Shown here in pieces: positions 40,986 through 53,941 of a DNA stretch of 64,000 nt. A program made the position numbers and the translations under genes. Origin of the DNA: Octopus sinensis (Eukaryota); NCBI RefSeq assembly GCF_006345805.1, contig NC_043000.1:88784001-88848000 (forward strand), written 5' to 3'. Position 1 is the first letter of the stretch. Every line of letters begins with the position of its first letter. The notes beneath the pieces were generated by a model. The model was given only the letters and a program-made list of their open reading frames with translations, did not search any database and was not told where the DNA came from.

Positions 40986-42246
40986 TCTCGACGGCTGCTT
41001 CTGACATCATTGGTTTATTCTCGTTTCAACGCAGCTTCTTTTCTTCAGGTAACGGTTATAATTACTATACACAGAGGCAGAAATACTGATTAAAGATCCC
41101 AAGAGATAAATCGTGAAAGCATTAACACAAAATTAAAAAGAAAAGATATAGAGGGAAAATAACATGAAAATGAATAGCATCGAGCATCATTAAACGTTCA
41201 AACTTTAACAAACGACAAAGGGGCTGGATTTGTTAATGGTAGTAATAATGGCTTTTCTATTGCAACTCTGGGAAGTCTATACCGAGAATACACCAGGAAT
41301 ATATTGACAAAATATTTTGATGACCCTATTTCACAACGTAACTAATTCTCTTAGAATATTTGAAAATGAAACCGTCATTTGAGTGCAATTTGGAAAAAAA
41401 CTGATGAGTGAAAAATTTCAAAAATATCGACTTCGTTATAGTTGAGTTTTCTGTATGTCATTTATTTCCTTCAGTATAGAATTCAAGTCCAGATACTTAA
41501 ATCACAGTAGTTTTTTTTTTTAATTGCAATCAATATATTGGTTTCCTTCTTTAGATATTCCAGAAAAATGTTCAAAGAAGGTTGCTACTATATGCGAGAT
41601 GTATCCTTAATATATAGTAGACATCGAACATTTTGAAATTTTCGCTGATTATTGGGAAAGTTATTTTTTTCTACACGCTCCAACACGATTAACGAAAGTA
41701 GTTTTCTCCCTTTCGACAATGTCATATTATTTTAATAAAATACACTTACTCAGTTAATAAATTGTGATGTATTGTGCAGATAATGTTTTTAAACCTGCAT
41801 TAAAGAGAATACGTGTAATGTTATATGGTTTACAAACAGGGAGTGTTTTGTTTCTTATGTTTTGTGGTTACACCACAGGGGAAGAAACAGCTTTGGTCTA
41901 AGCCATGCAAATAAACGCTAATAGCTTAATCGGGAGAATCGTTTGGCAAATATTCAAAGATCAAACCCAAATATGTTTTGATAAAAGGCACGTTATTGCA
42001 AATACACACAAGAGTATATTGATTGCTATAACTGAAAAATGTGTACAAAGAAATCTAAACATGAAAGATGATAGCTATCAAATAATATATTTAACTGTCA
42101 AACTCTCTGCATCTACCAATTTTCGAATTTATATATGTATGTGTGTGTATGTATATATGTGTCTACACACATAAATATCTATATGCATATATATATATAT
42201 ATATATAGATATATATATATATTATATATATATATATATATTATAT

Positions 42247-42291
<45 letters not shown>

Positions 42292-42489
42292 ATATATATG
42301 TATATATGTATATATGTACATTTTGTATATGTACTTACAATATCTTAATTTGTAGGCGCTTCCTTATTCGTCTATCATTCTAACTTACCACATCTTTCTT
42401 TCTATATCCCTCCTCTCCCTGTAAGTTTGTATGTATCAAATAGGATCAAAGCTTCTTCCAGGGCCTTAGGTCCATAATGTCAGCTACCT

Positions 42490-42685
42490 GGATTCTGTGG
42501 CGTATACCTCACCCGGATGGAACACTGGCCCTTCATAGTAGTCCTCATTTTTGCCAGCGTGGCTGGAGCAACCTGAAATGAAGTGTTTTACTAACGCACA
42601 CAACGCATCACTCAGTCCAGGATTCGAAACCACAATCTTTCGGTCGTGAGTGCAACAATTTAATCAATAAGCCACGTGACTCCAG
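42490..42685 (-). mobile_element. tRNA-derived SINE (family C)
   Basis: Reverse-complement head CACGTGGCTTATTGATTA...GTGGTTTCGAATCCTGGAC. Related to 42750-42945. Confidence 0.7.
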
Positions 42686-42749
42686 ATGCGTGCTCTGCCA
42701 TACAAACCCATTGAAAGAAAAGAGATAAAGATCTTTTACAGACACATAG

Positions 42750-42945
42750 AACCGGTTTCCCGGTTTTCGTGGTGTATATAGTAACCATTGGATGGGACAT
42801 CAGTCCTTCGCAGAATTACTCATTTTGCGGGCTAAGTGCGCTAGAACAACATAAAATCAAGAGTTTTGCCATTCGGTCCAGGAATCGAAACAACAATCTT
42901 ACCATCAAGAATCCAGCATACCTAACGACCAAGCCACGTGCCTCA
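42750..42945 (-). mobile_element. tRNA-derived SINE (family C), second copy
   Basis: Reverse-complement head GAGGCACGTGGCTTGGTCGTTAG...GTTGTTTCGATTCCTGGACC. Contains GGATGGGAC..CAGTCC.TCGCA, also seen in 8193-8490. Confidence 0.7.
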
Positions 42946-42969
42946 ACACAAATGCACATATCTCTTAAT

Positions 42970-43170
42970 CATTTCAATCATTAGACTGCAGCCTTACTGA
43001 GATACCTCCTGCAAGAATTTTTAGTCAAATAAATTGATCCCAGTAATTATTTTTTTAAAGTCTGATATTTATTCTAACGGTCTCTTTTGCCAGGTTACGT
43101 GGACGTAAACACACAAAAACCGGTTGTCAATTGGTCATCGTTTTAGCAAACACAGATGCAAAGATACACA
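42970..43170 (-). mobile_element. Diverged SINE family B, 3' half
   Basis: TTTCAATCATTAGACTGC...GGTCTCTTTTGCC...GTTACGTGGACGTAAACAC...GGTTGTCAA. Confidence 0.7.
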
Positions 43171-43665
43171 CACACACACACACTCATACTAGCAGAAATA
43201 CCCTGATGAAATTTAAGTATGCCTTTTAGATCTCTAACATGAAGCATAGACTACGCAGGTCTCACATCCTGGTAGATGCATTAATAACTCAATGTTTCAC
43301 AGGCTATTGAAAATAATGGAATTCAAGTATGCATTTTAAATCTCTAAGTAAAATGAAACATGTGTTACGCAGTTTTCAACAGTAATTAACTGAGGTAAAA
43401 ACTATCTATTAATGACAATAATATGTTTTATCCGATGTTCTCACTTTTAAAATTGTTTAAAAAACAGGTACTTCTTTGTCTTTGCAATCACCTTCAATTG
43501 CCAGTACTTATTTGAAACATGTTAAATCTGAAAATGCATGAATTTGATAAGAACCGGCCTGCTGGCACTCCCCACCCCCATTAATAAGTACATTTAACAA
43601 AAATTATATGAGATGAAATGAATATAAATAAATGTATTGAAGCAAATCCAGAAATCAATCACTGT

Positions 43666-45215
43666 TTAGTTAGTTAGTTAGTTAATTTGGCTCAAAAGCA
43701 AATAGCAAGGCCATGTAGGGGGACATGGAGTTAAGTACAGGGTGGTGTTCATCTAAAGAGTTCAGGCCACTTGAGGTCCAGGGAGGCTTTGAACAAAGCG
43801 GTCGTCGGCATCTTCACCATCTCGTCTGGCAGCTTGTTCCACGGATCCGCAACCCGGACGGAGAAAGCTCCTCTCCTTCGATTGAGATGAAATCGTCGCA
43901 GGTAGAGCTTTTCGGAATGACCCCGCAGCCGACGCTCCGGAGCAGGAGTGAAGAACAGCTCTTTCGAGAGGTTACACTTCCCGCTTATGATGTTGTGGGC
44001 GAGAATGAGATCACCACGGCGGCGGCGTTTTTCAAGAGAATAAAGGTCGAGCGTCCTCAGCCTTTCTTCGTAGGACAAATTTTTAAGACCATGAACCATG
44101 CGGGTAGCCAGCCTCTGGACTCTTTCGAGATGCTGTATGTCTTTGAGGAGATAAGGAGAAGAGGCTTGAATCCCATACTCCAATATGGGTCTCACCAGCG
44201 TGACATAGAGTGGCAGGAATATGGCTGCTGTGAGCATTCCGAATGACCGTCGAATCAAAAACAGAATTCCGCGTGCTTTGTTGGCAGCATGGACGCACTG
44301 GGCCGAAGGCGAAAAGGAGGAATCCACCAAGATACCCAGGTCCTTTACCTGATCGGTCCTCTCCAGCAGCAGACGACCCGGCTCGAAACCAAGTTGAGTT
44401 GCAGGAGTAGAGCCGACAGGCAGACGACAGCACTTTGACACGTTCAGACACAGGTCCCAATCGTTAGACCACTTCCAAATTTGGTGGAGGCATCGACGAA
44501 GATCCTCTATACTACCGCGAAGAGCGACCAGTTTGATATCGTCGGCAAATAGAAGGGTGTGTTGCGTGAGGTCGTCGGGCAAGTCATTTATGAAGACTAA
44601 GAACAACAAGGGCCTAAGCACTGAATCTTGAGGCACGCCACTGCTCGCACTGGAGACGTCGGACCGCGAACCATTAACTTGAACTTGGAAGGAGCGATCT
44701 GAGAGGAAGGCACCAACCCATCGTACAATATCCGGATGGAAACTATATGCTTGAAGCTTGACAAGTAGTAGGCGGTGGTTTACCGAGTCAAAAGCTTTGG
44801 CAAAGTCCAATAAAACGATGTCAACAGCATCACTATCATCGAGGATGCGCGTCACCAATTCTTCCATTACTAGTAAGTTGGTCAAGCATGATCTCTTCGG
44901 CACGAAGCCGTGTTGGGAATCAGTGATCGAGGCTGTGTTTAGGAGGTGGAGCATCATACTTTTCTTAAGGATGGTTTCGAACATCTTGCTGATTATTGAT
45001 GTAAGGGAAACCGGTCGGTAGTTAAGCGGGTCTTCGCGGCTCCCTTTCTTGAAAATTGGGCAGATTATCGCTGTTCTCCAGTCTGCAGGTAGAACACCCG
45101 TCGCCAATGACATATTGAATAGTCGTGTTAAGGGCTCGCAGATGACCGGAGCCAACGCTTTGATAACCCGTGGGTGTATGCCGTCAGGGCCGTGACCCTT
45201 GTTGACATCGAGGCC
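43666..45215 (-). mobile_element. CR1-clade LINE, 5'-truncated, with (TAAC)n 3' tail
   Basis: The tail TTAGTTAGTTAGTTAGTTA is at 43666-43684. The 5' truncation falls at LDVNKGHGPDGIHPRVIK. Confidence 0.95.
43749..45215 (-). pseudogene. CR1 ORF2 reverse transcriptase (open frame of about 488 codons, no start)
   Basis: Motifs NYRPVSLTS, QHGFVPKRSCLTNL, LDFAKAFDSV, GVPQDSVLRPLLF (two conserved Gly mutated), LFADD, KDLGI and LVRPILEY. Confidence 0.93.
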
Positions 45216-45427
45216 TTTAATTATCTAGAGCTTCTAAATATACAATGTTTTGAGTGAATCCTTTAATTGATGTTTAAATGAAAAGATTTGGGGGACGTCC
45301 AACTCTGGAACATCCTACATGCCCATTAGAGAAGCAAGGTGAAGTTCAACAACCTTGAGAGACTGTGTCCTAGAGATTTGTTTATTGACATAGTGAAACT
45401 TAGTTTCATTGGGAACCGTATACTTGC

Positions 45428-45473
<46 letters not shown>

Positions 45474-45829
45474 TATATATATATGTTCCTCATGTGTTTG
45501 CAGTTTCGTTCGGACATAACTGAAATAACTTTAAGATATATAGATTTTATAGATTGCAAAGTTACTATTTTTATAACTTTCTGATACCTTTGTTTATATT
45601 TTATCTAATATAAATAATATAATGCATCTAATATTATTAATAATAATTGATTATTGTGTATGCTTATAAATGTAAATATGTATATACATTTAAATGTATA
45701 TATAAGTATTTATGTATATTTATATATGTATGCATTTGCATATTTATATGTATGAGTATTTAAATGTGTGTATTTTCTTTATTTATTTTGTATTTATATA
45801 TATTTAGAACTTAACCTTATGTAGTTCAC

Positions 45830-45961
45830 AAAATCTCTGACGAAGCCTAGAGTAACAACCAACTGCCTCAATTTCATCTACTTATTACTTCAGTCTACTG
45901 GAGGAATAAAGGTAGAATGACATATGTTTGCCTCTTGGCTGAAACAGCTGTAAGTTATTTT
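45830..45961 (+). ncRNA. Type I hammerhead ribozyme, apparently intact (palindromic helix III ACAGCTGT)
   Basis: AAAAT-CT, CTGACGA (45837-45843), stem II AGCCTAGAG/CTCTTGGCT, GAAAC-AGCT-GTA^ (45941-45952), AG-tt-ATTTT. Confidence 0.85.
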
Positions 45962-46857
45962 CCCAATATATATTCCTGTATGTTATATTTTGATAATTAC
46001 TGGTATCTTGATATATTAATATATTTTCATATGTAACGCATAATATGTTATACATGTATGTATATTCTTGTAATTGTCATTTTAGTAAATAAATAAATAA
46101 GTTATCATAAAATAATTTCTAAAAGTTGATGAACCACCTATTGATCCCCTTCATTTTCTTATTGCTCTATAAATTAATGGTAAAATATCTCTTTTAATAG
46201 TTTAATGACTGATATACTGATATATTTAAAGACTGATATACATCGATCCATGGAAGAATATATATTGATTTAAATTGTTGAACCTATCTGAAATTCTCCT
46301 TAAATTTTTTTATACCTTTGCGTCTCGCACCTTCTATCAGAGCACTTCAGACTACTGCCTATACAATAAACAAAGAAACTTTACTATATATATATATATA
46401 TATGGAAAAAAAGTCAAGATAGAAAATGCTAAAATAATTTTATAAAAAACATTTCAGTACCGGTTTCAGTCAATGACACTTGTTCAACTGTAACAATTAG
46501 ATAATTAAATTTAGAAAAAATAAAAGAAAGGTTTTCTTAAAAGAATATTTGTATAGTGTTCAAATACAAGTGGCATTTTCCTTATTTCTGCCTGTCTCTG
46601 TCACTTGTTTACTCTTGTGGGTTCGAGGTCCTTGTGAATTCTTGGTAGGGAAAATGAAGAAAAAGGGAGGAGAAGGGGAAGAAGAAGAATTTGAGAGTTC
46701 CATGATAGTAGGATTTTGAATGGTCAGTGGATGGTAGCAGTCCCTGTTCAATTCATGAAAATATTTCTTTAGAATGTTTTGTTTATAGAATTTACGTAGG
46801 TGTTATTTTAAAGAGCATTAGTGGTAAAATTAGGAAGGAGAAGGGAGAAAAAGGAAA

Positions 46858-46945
46858 AGAAGAAGAAGAAGAAGAAGGAGAAGAGGAAGAAGAAGAAGAA
46901 GAAGAAGAAGAAGAAGAAGAAGAAGAAGAAGAAGAAGAAGAAGAA
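46858..46945. repeat. (GAA)n microsatellite
   Basis: Directly visible. Confidence 0.95.
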
Positions 46946-47141
46946 AAAAGAGAAGGGAGAATAAGAATGAATGTAGAAAGTAGTAAGGTGTTAAATGACT
47001 TAAAATTGGCACCTAATGGATTATAGCAGTGATTGGCACTGTTTCTTAATGAATTCTTGGGAATCTCTTGAGTGTATCATTTTTAATATTTGCGTGTGTA
47101 TTTGTGTTATTCTAAGGCCGAGGTGGATATGTCGTAGACGT

Positions 47142-47600
47142 GTTCAGAAGGGGCCTGTATTTTGTAATAAAGAAATTTTCTTTACTAATTCGTTGGCTCC
47201 AGGTTGTATCGTCCCTGAATTGGTAGAGGGGAAAATTTTGAAGCTTGATTTTTGTTGTTGGCACAAATGCCGATGTATTGGCTGAATGCTATTTTTCTGT
47301 TTTGGGGAATTTTTATTTGGGATCTGTGCAGGGCCATTCTTTTACGTAAACTATTTTTTATTTGGCCTATGTATTGCTCTTGACACCCAGAGCAGATTAG
47401 TGTGTATATCAGGTTCTCCGAAGGACATGTGAAGTTGCTTTTTACTGTGAAACGTTGCCCCTGTTTCACGGAGAACTCCGATCCCTCAAGTAAATAATCG
47501 CATATCCCACAATTGGGTCTTCCACAACTTTTTACTGACGGCTTCTGTGTTGCTGAGCGTATTCGGGCTTGTGTTAAGAGACTTTTCATAGATTTGGGCT
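47142..47600 (-). pseudogene. Penelope-like element, C-terminal GIY-YIG endonuclease (Cys-rich linker, Neptune-like)
   Basis: PNLKSLLTQA...KSCGRPNCGIC...FTCPSENLIYTLICSGCQEQYIGQ..LRKRMALHRSQI. After a frameshift it ends ENFFITKYRPF. Confidence 0.88.
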
Positions 47601-47608
47601 GTCTCTTG

Positions 47609-47651
<43 letters not shown>

Positions 47652-47654
<3 letters not shown>

Positions 47655-48030
47655 CAAAGTTGAGTTGTGGGGTACCGCACGAGTGGAATTATATACGAAA
47701 GAAGGTTTGAAAATGCAATTTAAAAGATGTTTATTTACTTTACCGGTTTCACTCTTTGGAAAAAGATTGTCAAAAGTAACATGTGGAAGTTTGGTTGCGT
47801 TAATTATTGGTTGTTGCAAATTGCTACATTACATATATATATATACAGTCTTTGGTAACAGGGACATGTTAAGGACATAAAAAAGTCCAACAAGTTCCTT
47901 AAAATATTGGGCAAAAAAGATTACATCAATAATCGTTCTCAAGAACATACTTAAGATAGTTTCCAGAAGGAATTGATAAAAAGTAAATAAAGTAAATAAA
48001 CATCTTTTAAATAGCATTTTCAAACCTATA
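47652..48030. mobile_element. Penelope-like terminal-repeat fragments in inverted arrangement, with a decayed hammerhead on the minus strand
   Basis: GGTTTGAAAATGCAATTTAAAAGATGTTTATTTACTTTA (about 47704-47742) is inverted at about 47987-48027. The minus strand reads TTACTT-TTGACAA...GAAAC-CG-GTA-AAGTAA. The same family occurs at 13278-13330 and 57055-57112. Confidence 0.65.
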
Positions 48031-48354
48031 TATATATATATATATTTTAAGGGAGTTAGAGGTTGTGAATCCAACCAGCTAAGGGATAATATCTATCCAC
48101 TATACGGCTGGTAGAATACCCAATTATTAATGCACAAGTGCTTTTCCATTGTATAGTAATTACACTACTGAATGTAATAAATGGGTGAGGGATAATTTTT
48201 TTTTACCCTTAATTTACACACCAATAAGAAAATGGAGGGGGATCAAGAGGTGGTATTCATCAACTTATAGACATTACATTATGTCTATTTATTTATTTAA
48301 AAAAGCGATTATAACAATATACATTCATGTATAACATATTATGCTTTACATATA

Positions 48355-48908
48355 CGAGGGGCGTTCAATAAGTAATGCCCCTGACCCACTTCCCATAGCA
48401 GTAGAGCAACGAAACTTGGCACAGTTATTAGTCTTTTTCTACATAGGAACCACTCAGAGTTACGCATTTCTCCCATTGTTTGATGCAGCTCTGGAGACCG
48501 TTTTTGTAGAAGACCCCAGCTTCGTCCTCCAACCACGACGTGACTTCAGAAATCAAGGCTGCATCATCTGGGAAACGCTTTCCTTTCAAAAACAACTTCA
48601 AGGCTGGGAAGAGGTGAAAATCAGAGGGTGCAAGGTCAGGAGAGTAGGGGGGTGGGGGAGGAGTTCATAGCCGCACGCCCGTGCTTATGATCTGGCGACA
48701 CGCGAGTGGTGGACCGGAGCGTTGTCCTGCAGGAGGAGGATGCCTTTGCTGATCTTGCCTCGCCTCTTGATTTTAATAGCTTCTCTTAATTTCCTCAAAA
48801 GTGAAGCATAATAAGCTCCTGTAATTGCGGTACCCTTTGCCAGGAAATCTGTCATCACTACTCCGTCCTGGTCCCAGAAGACTGTGAACATGACCTTGCC
48901 ATCGGAGG
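48355..48908 (-). mobile_element. Mariner 3' fragment with right TIR
   Basis: TA at 48353-48354 and TIR CGAGGGGCGTTCAATAAGTAA. Peptides GKVMFTVFWDQDGV, ILLLQDNAPVH, PPYSPDLAPSDFHLFP and GSYVEKD*. Confidence 0.93.
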
Positions 48909-49378
48909 TTATTGAATATTTGGTCTGTTCTTTTGGCAATATAATGCAGACATGAAGCGACTGTCTCATTTATGAGAATGCTAATGTCATTCTTACACCG
49001 CTTTTGTTTATTGTTGATTTGTTGTATTGCCATGAGTCCGTGTGGCAATAGAGGCAATGAATGCGTGAATGTAATTAGGTGAGTGTGTATGAGCTTGCCC
49101 GAACATATGAGCTTGTGAGATTAACCTATGTATACAAAGCAGGAAAATTCAGTTTTCTCACGGGTCTCTGACAATAGCCGTATAAGTTTTTCAATACAAT
49201 TGCACCTGTCGTAGAGTTTTAAAACTAATCTTGAGGTTTTTGCAGGCACGGCTAATTTATATTTGTTTTTTCACATAGCAGAAAAACTTATTTCAATTTG
49301 CAGAATCAACTTTACTTCCTGATGATTAAAAAATCCTGACCTTCGAAGGATTTTCAGTTGAATAGCTGGGTTGAATTG

Positions 49379-49608
<230 letters not shown>

Positions 49609-49613
49609 ATATA

Positions 49614-49843
49614 CAGGTTTGTCCAAAAGTCACTTGACAGTAAATCAAGACCATTTAATTCCAAGAGTCATTTATGTTTAACAACTGAATGAATTTTATA
49701 AAAGCATCTAAATACGCAAAATTATGAAAATCGTTCAAACTGAAGTCCTTGAGCGACGCATTTTTCCATTCGAATCAATGCAGAATTACAGATAGTATTT
49801 ATGGAATTTTGATTTACTGTCGGGTGACTTTTGGGCAACTCTG
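49614..49843. mobile_element. Tc1/mariner-type MITE, 230 bp
   Basis: 35-bp imperfect TIRs, CAGGTTTGTCCAAAAGTCACTTGACAGTAAATCAA and reverse complement CAGAGTTGCCCAAAAGTCACCCGACAGTAAATCAA, with TA on both sides. Confidence 0.88.
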
Positions 49844-49854
49844 TATATATATAT

Positions 49855-50426
49855 TAAATAATCGTTAGGGAAGACAGAGTTGCACCTATATACACATACG
49901 GGCCTCTTGGTGTGTACACACGGCATTCATATACGAGGTTACAACTCGTGCAAATGTTACGCAACGAGCATCTTAATTTGTCCCTGCACGAGCATTTGTC
50001 GTTGGTTGTTAGTGACCAGCAGTTATTCCCAGCCAATCTTGTCTCATCTCATTTTCTGTTCGCTGTTCTGTTTTTATGCGGGCTCGCGTGGTTATTTAGG
50101 ATTTGGGTGTTGTTGTTTCTGGAGTGCTGTGGATCCCCATAAGTAGTCGGTTATACAGTATTGTGTACAGATTGGTTAGTGCTGTGCAAGTCTTTGTTTA
50201 GTTTTCTGTTGTTGTTTCGGTGCAAATGCTTCCCTAATTTGCAGGCGTTGCCGTAAGACACTTTCACGATATGCCACTTAAATAAAGAGTGGTATTTGTG
50301 TGATTTGGGGAAACACCTGTCTAAGTCTGTAAAGAACTGCCTAGCAATCCTTGAGGAAATATTCGATCCGTAGATGGAGTTGTAGCAGAGTATGGTGCGG
50401 TTTTTATATTTTCGGTGGGGGTTCAT
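49855..50426 (-). pseudogene. Second Penelope-like element fragment (RT-endonuclease linker plus N-terminal half of GIY-YIG)
   Basis: RTILCYNSIYGSNISSRIARQFFTDLDRCFPKSHKYHSLF..IVKVSYGN, then CSCRDKLRCSLRNIC..NLVYECRVYTPRGPYVYIGAT. Confidence 0.8.
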
Positions 50427-51031
50427 TCAATTCAATTAAATCGTTCCCTGTCCACTAGGGAGCAGTGCAGATATGAGCCGAAACGATCGTCGTGCTAAGT
50501 AAAGCTTTCAGTACGCTCTGTCTTCCCCTTCAATTATTTAAAATATACTATAAGAGCTCCGATGAAATCCTTACGTCGATTCTGTGACTAAAGTACAGTA
50601 CCGCGGATGATGTCTGGTAGCTGCAAGTCGTGAAAGTGCTCTCAAGGCACACTACTTAAGACATACCCAAAACAAGATTTAGACGCTATATTTTAAAGTC
50701 ACCTATATATGTATGTATTATGTATATATGTGTATATGCATGTATGTATGCTGAATGGGAGGTAACTCGCCTGTCTATGACGTGTTTTAACACCCGGCGC
50801 TTTGTGAGAATATATACTCCACCGCGAAGCATATACACGAAGCATATACGTTAAGTATATGTGGATATATATATATATATATATATAATCAAATTAAGCA
50901 ACACTTGTTGCTTATTTTGATTATAATCACCCCACGGATTTTTATGGATAACACCATACAGAATTCTGGTGCATCTAAATTAAGTACCATATTCATTTGA
51001 ATCTAAATTTTTGCTGAACTTATATATATAT

Positions 51032-51063
<32 letters not shown>

Positions 51064-51080
51064 ATATATATATATATATA

Positions 51081-52150
51081 ATTAGTAGGTACAGAAGCAG
51101 TACTAATACCAAAAGGTAATATTTATCCCCACTTAAAAGTGGATGTTTTATTAGAAAACAGGATACTGCGATATTTACCGTGCGAGAACCGCCCGTGTGG
51201 TCTTTTGGTTGATATAAGCTCTCTTGTTTTCACCGCTAGCGGTAGACAAATAACCGCCGCCAGCACCACCCAGACTACCAAATCACGTGATTTCGGTCTT
51301 TTCTGGCCTTGTCTGGCGTAGACGACCGACTGCTGGGGATAGCAATGATGTCTCAGTTAACGATGTACATAGAATCCCAGCGACCAATCAGGTATTGGTG
51401 TCGCAAATATCCAGTAGGCATTCTGAAACATATTTAATAGCGACAGAAGCACTATTAGTACCAAAAAGTAATATTTATCCTCACTTAAAAGTGGATGTTG
51501 CGGTAGCTAAATATCGGGATCTTTTCGGTTTGAAGGGCAGTTTTTTCTAGCGGTGTCATATGAAGTTGTCACCCATAATTATGACCCTAGTATCAATCTA
51601 TTGCATTTCAATCTGTTAAGGCTAGTTAGGGTTAGGGGTGGGGGGAAGGGGATCTTATTTTCTTCACAAATGTAAATAAACCCAATCTATTTCTTAAACG
51701 AGGGACATATTCATACGGCACAGAATGTTGTTTACCTCAATGGACATCATTGATTGGTTGAAATTGCAGAAATTGAAGAAAAAACAACAAATATCTTACA
51801 AACTATTGAATTTACTCAATAAAGCCAAGAGAAAAAGATGTTTTATAAACACATTCTACGAGTATACGGAGTTTAAAATTTTTTAGTTACCTAGAAATTT
51901 TGTTAAAAACTTCCGTTCAAACCGAAAAGATCCAAATATCGCTGTTGTCTCCAGCAGTTGAGCGTCTACCATTGATAAGGTCAGAGAAGCCCTAAATCAC
52001 ATGAAATGTTAAGTTTGGTGCTGATGGCTGCTCGTCTGCCGCTAGCGATGTGCTTCTATCCATCAAAAGACCATACAAGAGGTTTCCTTACAGTAAATAT
52101 CGAAGTATTCTTACACAACATCTACTTTTAAGTGGGAATGAATATTGCCC
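51081..52150. mobile_element. Cluster of related non-autonomous element copies: 51081-51350 (+), a partial copy at 51430-51500, and an inverted copy at 51934-52150
   Basis: Shared terminus AATATTTATCC(C/T)CACTTAAAAGTGGATGTT. The reverse complement of 51942-52150 aligns with 51113-51345 at roughly 70% by eye. Confidence 0.7.
51517..51933. mobile_element. MITE, 417 bp, with GG-initiated 29-bp TIRs and 8-bp TSD (Merlin-like)
   Basis: TIRs GGATCTTTTCGGTTTGAAGGGCAGTTTTT and reverse complement GGATCTTTTCGGTTTGAACGGAAGTTTTT. AAATATCG at 51509-51516 and 51934-51941. Confidence 0.88.
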
Positions 52151-52864
52151 ATATATATATACGTATGTTTATGAATATATTGAATACTTACGCATCTCTC
52201 AAAAACAATTGCACTTCAAATGCTTTGGTAGTTTTTAACAATAAAAAATACATAATTATTAACTGTGATATGTTTGACCTCTCCTTTAAAGTACTTCAAA
52301 CGGGATTCGAAAGCAATTGGTTTTTGTCTGTTTTGAACCAAAAGAAAACTTAAAACCTCTTCATAATTTCAGGAAGAAATATAAGAAAGTAACTTTACAA
52401 CAATTACTTCGTCAAAAACCTTAAGATTATAATTACGGTAATACAAATATATGTTAGAAAGTGAAAAAAATTGATGTTCTGGTTTCTAACTGTACATACG
52501 AACCAATTGACAGTAAAGTTGGTGCTAAAATAATCCAGATAATCTCACTTTTCAATAACCATGCAGTGAGAAAATTTGAAAAGAAACGAAAGTAAATTTC
52601 GGAAATCTTTCATCTCCTTAATAAGGCATTTTTTAAAAAAGAAAATATAGAAAATAAACAGGTGGAAAAACTTCATTAAATATTCTTTCCTGGTACTGTG
52701 CAGCATCAGAAGCAAAAGAAAATGAACAACGGAAGCAAAAAACTAATTAATGTTATCCTCAGTGACCTCGTGAGTGTCACTGTATCTACTACTGATACAA
52801 AACATCCCCTCGTGTACACTATCACCACATACATAGATCAGATAAGGCAACCAAATTCATATAC

Positions 52865-52907
52865 TCATCATCAGCATCATCAGCATCATCACCATCATCA
52901 CCATCAT

Positions 52908-52939
<32 letters not shown>

Positions 52940-52975
52940 TCATCACCATCATCATCATCACCACCACCAACACAA
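52865..52975. repeat. Compound (CAT)/(CAG)/(CAC) trinucleotide repeat
   Basis: Directly visible. Confidence 0.9.
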
Positions 52976-53673
52976 TCATGGCCGTCATGATCATAATCAT
53001 GATCTTCATCATCTCGATACCGTCGTCGTCTCGTCATTCTCATCAACGTCTTTTACTGACACTTCTACTACTACCTCGAGCAGCAAGAAAACATTTTGTT
53101 TCTCTAACACTGTCTACTATGCCACGTGCCTTATTTACACACACACACACCCATGCAGGCATACATACATATATACATGCACACATACACACTTACATAT
53201 ATACACACCACCACACACATGTAAATGCATACACATACTTACGTGTGTATGCTTTTGTATGCGTGTATGAACATATATGTTTTAATGTCTGAATAAGTGT
53301 ATGAGCCGAAGAAGATAAGCTCTGCGTAGTCGGTAGACTTGGCAGAAAAAGCAGCCAAACATTTCTGCTACAATCCTACAATCAAATGAGATAGTCATAA
53401 GTGGTAGAAATAATAACCATTTCTCCTTCAAATCATATTCTACTGTCTTATGTGTATACGTGCTTGTGTCTATGAGAGAAAACTAGGTGTAATAGCTAGA
53501 CATAGGAACTAAATCATCTTTCTATCACTTCCTACTATTTTAATTATAAGAGGGAGGACTGAAACGTTCATAGGTTGAATATGAAGGAGTGATGCTAGGG
53601 ATAACAAATCTGTGAGTACATACCTGCATACAGACACATATGCATATATCAATCCATCCCTCCCTCCCTCCAT

Positions 53674-53790
<117 letters not shown>

Positions 53791-53890
53791 CTGTAGAAGA
53801 GCGTAGGCTCGAAACGTAAAAGACTTTTTCTATTCCTGAGCGCTATACTAATACATTTGTTTGTTTGTACACCACCTGCCTTCGTCTTTT

Positions 53891-53893
<3 letters not shown>
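53791..53893 (+). mobile_element. Probable Penelope-like terminal fragment with the 3' half of a minimal hammerhead
   Basis: CTGTAGAA-GAGC-gtag-GCTC-GAAAC-GTA: stem II and the minimal ACGT helix III are present, but the CTGANGA box is non-canonical. Embedded in (TA)n. Confidence 0.5.

Positions 53894-53941
<48 letters not shown>

Noticed and set aside
41030-41300. TNDKGAGFV peptide resembling the Penelope RT N-terminus, plus a degraded CTGAAGA...GAAAC on the minus strand
   Set aside because: Too short and degraded to support as a feature.
50440-50500. GAAAC-GATC-GTC half-hammerhead next to Penelope fragment 2
   Set aside because: No recognisable CTGANGA upstream, so it is not called a ribozyme.
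51626-51637. (TTAGGG)2 telomere-like motif
   Set aside because: Only two units, internal to a MITE.
52698-53270. 190-aa ORF with poly-His/Gln, resembling a transcription-factor tract
   Set aside because: Driven by CAT/CAG repeats, with a non-ATG start, no recognisable domain, and a run into (CA)n. An exon cannot be fully excluded without RNA-seq.
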